Origin: Geosiphon pyriformis uo1
Lineage: Eukaryota; Fungi; Glomeromycota
DNA length: 64,000 nucleotides
Direction of reading: 5' to 3'
NCBI GenBank assembly: GCA_016748015.1
Contig: JAAOMT010000402.1
Coordinates: forward strand, 6,983-70,982
Part shown: piece after piece, positions 44,373 through 55,370 of the stretch
Numbering within the stretch: position 1 is the first letter of the stretch
Layout: each line of letters starts with the position of its first letter
The notes under the pieces: generated by a model
Seen by the model: the letters and a program-made list of their open reading frames with translations, nothing else
What the model was told of the DNA's origin: nothing
Database searches by the model: none
Made by a program: the position numbers and the translations under genes

Positions 44373-45823
44373 ATTCGGTATAAGAAACGTGGATGAAATG
44401 TGTTTGTCGATGTTTATGAATATTTTTGTTTTTCAATACACTTTCTCTTAAGTTAGGAATGAGAGTTTTTAAAAAAGTTTGGGAACGAGATAAAAATGAC
44501 ATCAACTTTTTTACGATTTGGGAAATCTGATGTTTTAATCGGTTTTTATTTATCGATAAACATTTCTATTTTGATGATCATACGTTACAATCGGAATATT
44601 TGGGCATCGAACAATGTTAATTTAAAGTTTTCCATTGTTTTGATAGACTTTTCCATGGAACAATGCCCCCGCTGTTCTGATCGGATCGAACATTAATCAG
44701 AGACTTTTTGTAAATATTCAAGATCTTTTAACATCAAAATAATTTATATATTAATATAAAATAATAATTTTTGAAAACTTTTGTATTTTTATAAAATGTC
44801 TGAAATCAATGTCAAATGAAATAAATTTTTTTCATTTTTCTTGGACTTTGATTTTTTAAGCTTATAAACAAACTTATGACATAAACATAAAAGTTTCAAG
44901 TATCAAAGGCATTAATAACTTTCTATATAAATATATATATAACATTTCTAAAAATTTACAATAAAAACAATTCCAGCATCACAATTCAATAAATAGGTCT
45001 TCTTATCACATACCAAGTAAAAGAGTCAATAACCTTTTTTAATTCACTAACAAAATAAATGATCATTGTTTTTAATTAAAAACTATTTGTTTTGTTGTAT
45101 TATAACAAATAGGTTTTGATTCAATCCAAAAATTTTGATTTATTCCTTGATAAATGAACCAAAATATTTTGAAATTATCAAAAGGATTCTATTATCATTT
45201 AAAAGTGTACACAATGTAAAATTTCAAGAGAATTTATTAGCAGTAAATGTCTCATTATTATTATTCAAAATGTTCGAACTTTCATTCTTTAAATTGCAAG
45301 TTAAACTGGGAATATTAAATTAATTGGCTTTCATTTGATTTTATCTAAAGCCAAAAAAATAAGGCTTAATACTAAGAAGCAAACAATTTAGTAGCCTTTC
45401 TATTGAATAAATGACGGAAACCTGTATTATTCTTGAAAACACAAAATATTGTGATCCCTAAGATTTCTTTTGTTCACCAAACTCAATACTAGAAACCAAG
45501 TCAAATATAACGACAATAAAAAATTTAGTAAACAACATTGCACTAATGCTAAATATATATAATTAAGATTCAAAATAATATCTATATACTTTGGTTGTAA
45601 ATAGTTTTAATAACTTTTCTTTTGTTTTTCATTATTAAAAGTTAAATAATCATGTAAAGAGCCTAAATTAGTATTATATTAATTTAGATAAAATTCTAAA
45701 GTTCCCCTTGAAAAAGTATAAATTAGAAGGAATGGCTATGACTTTTATAAATTTCGGTCGATAATAAATTGTTGACGGTGATGGATTGAAGAGGAGAATT
45801 ATTATTGTGGATAAAATGTAACT

Positions 45824-45955
45824 TTACATAATCGAGCATTGGCCGGTACCACTACCGTCGTCTGGGTCACCGGTTGGTCCTTTAATAGACCCGTTACCCG
45901 GAGCGATAATTGAGAGGGGATTAAAGGACGATTGATTGTTGGTTGTTGGTTGCAT
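45824..45955 (-). CDS. CAAX peptide P3, putative pheromone precursor (same peptide as P1)
   Basis: 132-nt ORF ending tgc tcg att atg taa; TATA at 46057-46063. Confidence 0.85.
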   Translation of the reverse strand: MQPTTNNQSSFNPLSIIAPGNGSIKGPTGDPDDGSGTGQCSIM

Positions 45956-48028
45956 TTTTTCAAATTATTTGATTTACTTTTAACGTTATTGTTTTGCTTT
46001 TTGTCTTTGTTATTTCAGTGAGATTGAGGGAAAAGAAATTGGGAAAGCACCACCAGTTTTATAGCAAAACATCATAGTCTTCACGCTAAAATTAAGTATT
46101 AGAAACAATACTAAATAAATCAGAATAATAAAATGCAAAAAATGTGACTAATAATAAGTTGCGTTTATTGTTCTTTTTAATCATTATTTCGATGGATGCA
46201 TTGTTAAGCTATCTCAACAATGCCCCAAATATTTAAAACAAAAAATTATTTATTTGATCATCAGTCAAAAAAGGTTGGAGATGGAGCATTATTCTTTGAT
46301 ATCATACCCCCTATTTAATAAAACTATAGTACGGTAATGGTACAAATTCAGCCATTAAGGAGATTGCCTATGTGTTTATCTTTAGTTATGCATTAATTCA
46401 TAAAACCGAAAACAGGATTTTCTTAAGAACAATGCTAAAAGCATTGCTTTAATATTTGATTATTCAGTTCCTAATAATCACTTGACGCTATGTATCACTA
46501 AAATTCAAATAGATTTCATTCTTGATAAATTAAGATTGTGTTTTTGGGAGCAAAATATCCTTATATTCCTAATTTTTTAGATGCAAATAAGAGAGTTTGC
46601 TATTTTTCTGGTGTAAAACAGCAGTCTATGAAGAAATGAATTTACCGTATTGTTCTTTGTTGGTCAAGTTTGGAAATTAATCGGAATTGATAAATTTTAA
46701 TTAATTAATTAATGTCAACTACTAACCATTTTGCTACATATGAATTTTGAGCTGAGAATACTTATACGGAAATTAATCTTGAAAATTACAAACTTTTTAT
46801 TAGATCTAATTCTGTGGAACCACAGTATGTGTAAATATTTTTAAATCATTACTACCAAGTATTTGATGGTAAATTTTGCTTGTAAAATCAAGATTAAGTT
46901 TAGCAAACAGGGAAAGCCGGAGAATTGAATAGGTTTTTTCCAGTTTGGAATTTGCTAACTAGCTTAATAAACTGCAAGATGAATTGAACTATTTTTCTCA
47001 GAACAAAATCTTTAAATGAAAAAATAAATATCTTTCTATTTAAATTTAAAAATTACTCAATTATTTTGTAAATTTCAATAATTCCTATGAAATTTTTTGA
47101 GAATTTATTCAATTCAATTTTTCTGGCTAAATCGATACTTAGTTTCCAAATTTCCAAATTTTTGGCTTTGAGCATTATTAAATAAAGGTCAATGTCACTT
47201 CAAAATCTTCTCTCTTTAAATATCTCACTTTTAAAGGTAGTAACTTTGTATTGTGATTATTTTGATCAAGCAATATTTTTGAATAAAAAATTGTTTCATA
47301 ATGAAGATGCCTATTGTAAGTTTTATTCAAATGGCTACTCTTGAAATCTTCAAACAAATTATACATAAGCTAGTAATAAAATTATTTTATTCACATCTCT
47401 TGCAAAAATATTACATGACTATTTCCCAGTTTTAGGCAATCAGTATCGTATAAAAATTTATTTTATAACATTTTATTTGTATTGATATTAAAATCTTCGC
47501 CCAATTTTTGAATTGGAACTAATCATAAAATAACTTTTTGTATAACCCAAAATTAAATAATTTACTGAATCAAAACACAGTATAAAAGTTTGTTTCAATC
47601 ATTAAAATATTGTTTCTGCCATTTTAAGAAATTATCCTTTAATTTCAAGCCATGGTTCAAAGATATTTATAGAAGACCTGAATAACTTTCTTTATTGGTG
47701 ATAAAATTTTTGAAAAAAAACTTGCTTTTTCCAAATTAGCTATTTTTTGTGCTATTTTTTATTGGTAGATTAATATTATATTATATAAAAACAAGTCATG
47801 ATATAAAATTATTTAAAAATCTAGTCAAAATACATTGCCCTAAATGCTAATATATAATTAAGATTAAAACAAGGAACGAGAAATTCTCCTAATAATGTAT
47901 ATATTTGAAAGGTTAGGCAACTATGTAAAGAGTTTAAATTCGGCAATAAACCGGAGGTAACGGCCTTAATTCGGTTGATAGTAATTCGGTGACGGTGAGG
48001 AGGATCTTTAATGCGACTAATATCGAAT

Positions 48029-48160
48029 TTACATAATTGAGCATTGACCGGTACCGCTACCATCATCTGGATCACCGGTTGGTCCTTTAATAGAGCCATT
48101 GCCCGGAGCGATAATTGAGAGGGGATTAAAGGAAGATTGATTATTAGTTGTTGGTTGCAT
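48029..48160 (-). CDS. CAAX peptide P4, putative pheromone precursor (same peptide as P1)
   Basis: 132-nt ORF; 14 nucleotide differences from P1, all synonymous; TATA at 48262-48268. Confidence 0.85.
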   Translation of the reverse strand: MQPTTNNQSSFNPLSIIAPGNGSIKGPTGDPDDGSGTGQCSIM

Positions 48161-50722
48161 TTCTTCAAATTGTTTGATTTACTTTAAATGTTATTGCTTT
48201 GATTTTTTCTCTTTGTTATTTAGTTAGATTGAATGAAAAAAATTTGGGAAAGCACTCCCAATTTTATAGCAAAACATCATAGCCTTCACGCTAACATCTA
48301 TCATCAGAAACAATAGTAACTTAAACACAATGTTAAAAATGCAAAATCGATAGAAAATCATAAATAATATGTTGAATTTATTGTTTTTTAGATTATTGAT
48401 TGACAGATGCATTGTTAAGATATTTAAACAATGCTCAAAAGATCTAAAAAGCATATTGCGTTTCAAAATTCATTATCAATTAAAGAAGGATTAGAGAAGG
48501 CATTTTATTCATAACATGTAATATTAAACATACATACGATACAATTCAGCCATTGAGAAGGTTTTTTACCATGTATACATTATATATTAGCTTTACATTA
48601 ATTAACATGCTGAAACCAGAGTTCGAAAAACGTGATATTTTTGCAAGAGTAATGCTCAAAGCCTTGCACTAAGTTTGATTATTCAATTTTTCTACCCTAT
48701 GTAAATTAAATTTGACCATTGATGATTCAAAATTCTCTTTTTGAAGCAAATATGCTTTAGATATTTCTATTTTCATTGTGTTTATTCAGAAATAAAAGAT
48801 ATTTCCTGTTTTCCATCTACAAATAACCATCTATAAGAAATATATATCGTCATATTTTTCTTTATCATTCAATTTTGGAATTCATTGGAATGGATAAAAT
48901 TTTTTCATTCATACGTAGTTGATGGGAATATAATATTGGACTCCAAGCAATTTTACTAATCAAGGATTGGACCAAAAAATAGCTATGCAAAAAATCAATT
49001 GATTTACTTAAATAAATTAAAGCTTTTCATTAGATATGATTTTCAGCTGTATTTATTTTTTTAGAAATATTTATAAAGATAATTTTGCAGGCTACTCTTG
49101 TGATGATTGTTACCATATGGCAATAATATTTCATGTTTTGTGTTTGGTCATTGATATAGGTTTGAGAATGTTCTTGCTTGAAGTTAATTTCATTTGCAAA
49201 ATGAAGATTAATTATAATAAACAGGCGAATGAGGATGTATAAATTTTTAGTTTATAAAGCTAGCATCAAATTACAAGGATAAATTGCCTTAATTTTCTGA
49301 ATTTTCTGTAGGGAATCAAATAAAACTTAATAAATTGTAGTTTCAAATACCTAAAAAGGCTATGAAAATACAAACATTAGATTTTTGTTTAACAATAATA
49401 AATATAATAGATTATTTTATATTTTAAAATAATTATTATTTATTCTTGAAAAGTAATTAAAATTTTTAATAATATACAGTTTTTTAGATATTGTTTCTAA
49501 AATTGCAAAAATTTTATTATTGGGATTGAATATATCTTCAATTTTAATCAGACTAATATTATTTTTTTATTAATCATATGATTTTGGTTGAAACTGCATT
49601 TGTTTTTAAGCCTTATTATATTGTTAATTTTCAATTTTCTGTTTCTAACAATAAATTGATAAACTTCCACATAAAATAATATATGTAAATCAATTTTAAA
49701 AGTTTTTGAGTAAATGATTAAAAAAACTTAAATTTAGATTTGACTTCTTTGTTAATAACATAATTGTAAATTAGCACATAAATTCTAAATATTTGTTTAT
49801 TATTTCATATATTACAACCAATTTCATTATATTTTAAATCAATAATCTGTTTTTTGCGTGTTGTATCTATATGTTTTTGAAAAATCGTTTATTTGGCAAC
49901 TTTTAAGATACATTAAAGTAAGAAAAAGTAGCCAAGTATAAATGCCAATGACATTGAAAAATTTTATATTTTTTATTAATATGTATGGCATATCCAATTA
50001 GGGTGATTCAGGAAATAAATAATTCAAAACGTTTCTTTAAAACAAATTTCATAAATTGTTATTGTTACCAAGGAAACTAGAAGGCTTTTTAATTTGCATT
50101 AAAGAAATTTCAATTCCAATCTCTAAAATATTTTTTGGTTCGGAATATTCAAAAAATACTTCTAGTCATAAATTTCAAATTCAAAGTTCTTTTATTTTTT
50201 TTCCTATCACACAAGAATAGAACAATCAATATTTTTATTATTTTCTGTAAAAAATTCTCATTAATACAAAGGTGCCGAGAATTATGAATTGGTGGACACC
50301 TGATATATAATGTACAAATGTAAAAAACCTTCTCAATTGCGGGATTTGTACCGTATTTATGTTTAATATTATATGCTATTAAAAACTATGCCTTCTCTAA
50401 TTTTTCTTTAACTGATAATCAATTTTGAAAGCTAATATGCTTTCAGATCTTTTGGGGCATTTTTTAATATCTTAAAACTGCATCTGTCAATAAATAAATG
50501 AAAGAACAATAAATTTAACAAATTATTTGTAATTTTCTATCGAGTTTTGCTTTTTAAACTTATGATCAAGTTATTATTGTTTCTAATTTTTGATGTTAGG
50601 ATTAAACTGTCTTGCTATAAAACTAAAAGTGCTTCCCCAATTTCTTTTCATTCAATCTAACTAAAATAACAAAGAGAAAAGCAAAACAATAACATTTAAA
50701 GTAAATCAAATAATTTGAAGAA

Positions 50723-50854
50723 ATGCAACAAACAACCAATGATCAATCTTCCTTTAATTTTCTCTCAATTATCACTCCAGGTAATGCCTCTATTAAAGGA
50801 CCAACCGGTGACCCAGACGATGGTAGCGGTACCCGTCAATGCTCAATTATGTAA
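50723..50854 (+). CDS. CAAX peptide P5, variant precursor (P3Q, N7D, P13F, A18T, G22A, G38R)
   Basis: MQQTTNDQSSFNFLSIITPGNASIKGPTGDPDDGSGTRQCSIM*; TATA at 50616-50622. Confidence 0.8.
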   Translation: MQQTTNDQSSFNFLSIITPGNASIKGPTGDPDDGSGTRQCSIM

Positions 50855-52843
50855 AGTCAGTTATTATTGACATTAGTCATCCTCCTCACCGTTACCAAAT
50901 TACTATCAACCGAGATTTGCAAAGCTTAAGGCTGTTACCTCCGTTTTATGTTGAATTTGAACCCTTTACATGATTACCTAGCCTTCAAATATACATGTCA
51001 TTAGGGGAATTTCTCTTTCACTGTTTTAATCTTAATTATACATTAGCATTTAGTGCAATGTAGTTTACAATATTATTAAATAATTTTATATTATGACTTG
51101 TTTTATAAAATATAATTAATCTACGAAATAGATATAAAATAATCCCGTATCAAACTTAATCAAAATAACACAAAAAAGATATCTACTCTGGAAAAAGGCA
51201 AATATTTTTTTCATTAACTTTTTTTGGATTTATTAACAATAAATAAAGCTATTCAGGCTTTCTATAAATATCTTTTAACTATAGCTTGAAATTCAAAGGT
51301 ATTTTCTCAATATGGCAAAAACAATGTTTTTTTGATTGAAACAAACTTTTATACTGTGTTTTAATTTAGTATATCTATTATGTAGAATTTTTAATCGAAA
51401 TTGATTTATTTATTTTGAAGTTTTCGTAAAAAAATCTGCGGCATTTTATCATTGTAGAAAAGTTTCCTCAACAAGAAAGATAGTTTCGGTATGCGTGATA
51501 AAAGATATTGTACAGACAAATCAAACTTGGTAGAGAAATAGACTGTTATATAGATATTGTTTACCTAAAACTAGTAAATACTCATGTAATATCTTTGCAA
51601 AAAATTTGAATAAAGTGATTCGATTACTAGCTTAGGTATAATTTTTTGAACATTTCACGAAAGAGCTATTTGAATGAAACCTACAATTGGTATCTTCTGT
51701 ATGAAACCACTTTTTTTAATTTTTCAACATCAACAACATTGCATGATCAAAATAATTACAATAGAATGTTCTCACCTTTAAAGTTGAGATATTTAAAAAG
51801 AGAAGATTTTGAAATGACACTGACCTTATTTAATAATGATCAAACCCAGAAATATAAAGATTTAAAAATTTAGTATTTACAGACTAAGAATTTAATAGGT
51901 ATCATTAATATTTACAAAATAATTAAGTAATTTTTAAATTTAACTAGAAAAATTTTCATTTATTTATTTAAAGATTTTGGACATCTATATATTTTATTTT
52001 GTTCTTAAAAAAATAGATTAATTCATCTTTGGAATTTGCTAACTAGCTTAATAAAGAGCAAAGTGGAAAACCTATTCAATTCCTCGGCTTGCCCTGTTTA
52101 CTAAGCCTAATCTTTGATATTTGCAAGCAAAATTAACCATCACAGGATCAGATCAAATGAAAAATTTAAGGTTCTCAAAATTAGCTTTCTGCACAAGTAT
52201 TTGAATTAAAAAACTTATCATTTCTGATTAATTTCTAAACTTAACTAATAAAGGACAATATGATAAATTCATTTTTTCATAGACTGGTGTTTTACACTAG
52301 GAAAATAGCAAATCTTTTATTTTTCATCTAAAAATTAGAAATATAAGGATATTTTGCTCCCAAAAACACAATCTTAATTTATCAAGAATGAAATCTATTT
52401 GAATTTTAGTGATACATAGCGTCAAGTGATTATTAGGAACTGAATAATCAAATATTAAAGCAATGCTTTTAGCATTGTTCTTAAGAAAATCCTGTTTTCG
52501 GTTTTATGAATTAATGCATAACTAAAGATAAACACATAGACAATCTCCTTAATGGCTGAATTTGTACCATTACCGTACCGTAGTTTTATTAAATAGGGGG
52601 TATGATATCAAAGAATAATGCTCCATCTCCAACCTTTTTTGACTGATGATCAAATAAATAATTTTTTGTTTTAAATATTTGGGGCATTGTTGAGATAGCT
52701 TAACAATGCATCTATCCAAATAATGATTAAAAAGAACAATAAATGCAACCTCTTATTAGTCACATTTTTTGCATTTTATCATTCTGATTCATTTAGTATT
52801 GTTTCTAATACTTAATGTTAGCGTGAAGACTATGATGTTTTGC

Positions 52844-52850
52844 TATAAAA
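52844..52850 (+). promoter_or_regulatory. TATA box of P6, conserved in all six CAAX-peptide copies
   Basis: gcTATAAAA about 105 nt upstream of the ATG in every copy. Confidence 0.7.
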
Positions 52851-52951
52851 CTGGTGGTGCTTTCCCAATTTCTTTTCCCTCAAGCTCACTGAAATAACAA
52901 AGACAAAAAGCAAAACAATAACGTTAAAAGTAAATCAAATAATTTGAAAAA

Positions 52952-53083
52952 ATGCAACCAACAACCAACAATCAATCGTCCTTTAATCCCCTCTCAATTA
53001 TCGCTCCGGGTAATGGCTCTATTAAAGGACCAACCGGTGACCCTGACGACGGTAGCGGTACTGGCCAATGCTCGATCATGTAA
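52952..53083 (+). CDS. CAAX peptide P6, putative pheromone precursor (same peptide as P1)
   Basis: 132-nt ORF from atgcaacca to tgctcgatcatgtaa. Confidence 0.85.
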   Translation: MQPTTNNQSSFNPLSIIAPGNGSIKGPTGDPDDGSGTGQCSIM

Positions 53084-53766
53084 AGTCGAATATTATTGGC
53101 ATTAGCAATTCACCTCTCCAAATTATCATCGTCAACAATTTATTATCAGCCGAAATTTATAAAAGATATGGCCATTCCTTCTGATTTATACTTTTTCAAG
53201 AGGAACTTTAGAATTTTATCTAAATTAATATAAAACTAAATTTAGACTTTGCACAGGATCATTTAACCTTTAATCATGAATAACAAAAGAAAAGTCATTA
53301 GGACTATTCACAGCCAAAGTGTATAGATATTATTTCGAATTTTAATTATATATTTGTATTAATGTGATGTTGTTTGCTGAATTTTTTATTGCCGTTATAT
53401 TGGACTTGCTTTCTAGTAAATTGCTTAATAATACAATAAATAATTATAATAATAGAAAAAAATTATAGGCTTTTAAATATTAAACTTGTATTTGCGATAA
53501 AGATAACTCATAATAAATTGAAATAATTGTCACTGTTTTAAACTTTTGAGATGATATCTTTCGCCATAAAACAAAAATTTTTGGTAGATTTATACACTTA
53601 CTGTCTTGTAAGAAAAAATTGGAAAAATATGAATCTACTAAGATTACGTTTGGTTTAACCATTTTTGGTAAGTTTTATGACAGTAAAATAGAAACAGAAT
53701 ATTAGGTAAGTCGCTGAGCTCTAAAAACGTATTAACTAATAGTTTTTTTTAAAACTTGTTTTTGAA

Positions 53767-54847
53767 ATGCCGACTTCAAAGCAAGAAATGCAAAGTCGTA
53801 TTACATTTTTGGAAGCAAGAAATATGAAAGGCGAAAAAAATACAGAATAAAACGAATATACCCCTTTCTACAATCTATAATATCCTCAAAAAACTCAAAA
53901 AAAAGGAACAATAAAGCATGCGAGTGGTAATGGTCAGCCAAGAAAGATTATGGGAAATTCTTTGAAAGTATTAGGGCAGATTCTTCGTAGAGATTCCTTA
54001 GTTTCGTCTAGATATTTAGCAATAAAGTTTACTAAGAAAAGAATAAATGTTTCTCATGTTACTATTCAAAACCCTATATCTAATCTTAATTATAAAAAAA
54101 GTCTTCCTAGAGCAACACCAATGCTGACTGAAGAGCATAAGCGAAAACGTGTAAAATGGGCCAAAAACACCTGAATTATTATTGGAAAAGAACAGTTTTT
54201 ACTGATAAAACGTCTTTTCAACTTTTTCAAAACATAGTAAAATGTTGGCATAAAGGTACTCGACTAATTTGTTTTATGCCTAAAGATCAAACAAAAATTC
54301 TCGCATGGGGGGGTTTCTACGAAAAAGGAAAAACTAGTTTATTCTGTTTTGTTCAAATAATGAATGCTCAATTTTATATAGATATTCTTCGTAACCACTT
54401 ACCTGAAATTAGAGCAATGCTGGGGGATAATTGGCGATTCCAACAAGATAATAACCGCAAGAATACTAGCAAGCTTGCCAAAGAGTTTATTACTGAGAAT
54501 ACAACTGATTTGTTGGGGTGGCCATCTAATAGTCCCGACTTAAACCCAATAGAAACCTTTGAGCTATTGTTAAAAAGAATGTAGAAAAAAGAATGTGTTA
54601 AAATCGTAGTGAATTAGAGAGATTTATTGGGGAAGAGTGGCAAGATATTTCTGAATCTATCTTAATTGGGTTAGTAGGATCAATAAGTGAAATGATAATT
54701 GAGACAAATGGTGAAAGAATTTCCTATTAATTTTTTTTAATAAAATTATAATGGTATTTGACTTTCTAATAAAAGTTGTAATTTGGTACATTAGTTAAGA
54801 CATAGTGATTATTTTTATATTTCCGATTTTTTTTTTACCAGACTGTA
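53767..54847 (+). mobile_element. Tc1/mariner (DD34E) transposon, decayed transposase at 53767-54730
   Basis: HTH region (IPLSTIYNILKK), LTEEHKRKRVKWAK, VFTD, FQQDN, WPSNSPDLNPIE; several frameshifts; probable right end ACTGTA at 54842-54847; left TIR not recognised. Confidence 0.85.
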
Positions 54848-55370
54848 TTTTTGAGATTCAGATTAATCAACCACCATAAATAAACTGAAATTTATAAAAC
54901 AAAATCAGCAAGTGTGAATTTTAACATTACAATCTGCTACTTTCCTCTTTAAAGATTTTTCAAACATAAAATACTGAAAATTTGTGCGCGAAGTGGTCAA
55001 AAAGATACATAGAATTATTGTCATTGGTTTTAAAAATAGTAAATATCTGTCAAAACGGAATTCGTTTTAGCTGTTATTAAATTGAAATTTATTTGCCTTG
55101 TCAATCAGGTTTATAATAAAAACTTAACAGAATTCAGAGGTCAATTTATCTTTATGAAACCCATCTTATGGTACATGTATATGGGGTAATTGACCATCTT
55201 TTAACCTTAAGCTAGCGAGTGCAGTTTCAACCGGAATGCCAATTTATAATTAATTACGTTTCTTAATAGTAATTTCAAAGCCGTCTTGAAAATTGTTTTT
55301 CAGTTTCTTTCTAAGAATTTCATATAATTACATTAAGATTAACATTTTGTACTGTCATTGATAAATGTGG

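Larger units (their letters stand above)
45490..53415. repeat. Large imperfect palindrome: arms about 45490-48590 and 50305-53415, spacer about 1.7 kb
   Basis: Arms are reverse complements; about 45960-46560 is near-identical to about 52345-52950; each arm carries two CAAX-peptide genes. Confidence 0.85.

Noticed and set aside
47178-47366. ORF pair 47178-47366(-) and 51646-51873(+) sharing YLKREDFE
   Set aside because: The similarity is explained by the palindrome arms; indels, different starts and no recognisable domain.
47821-48168. 115-aa ORF overlapping P4
   Set aside because: Alternative frame of the CAAX gene. It is not conserved in length in the other copies, and substitutions are silent only in the CSIM frame.
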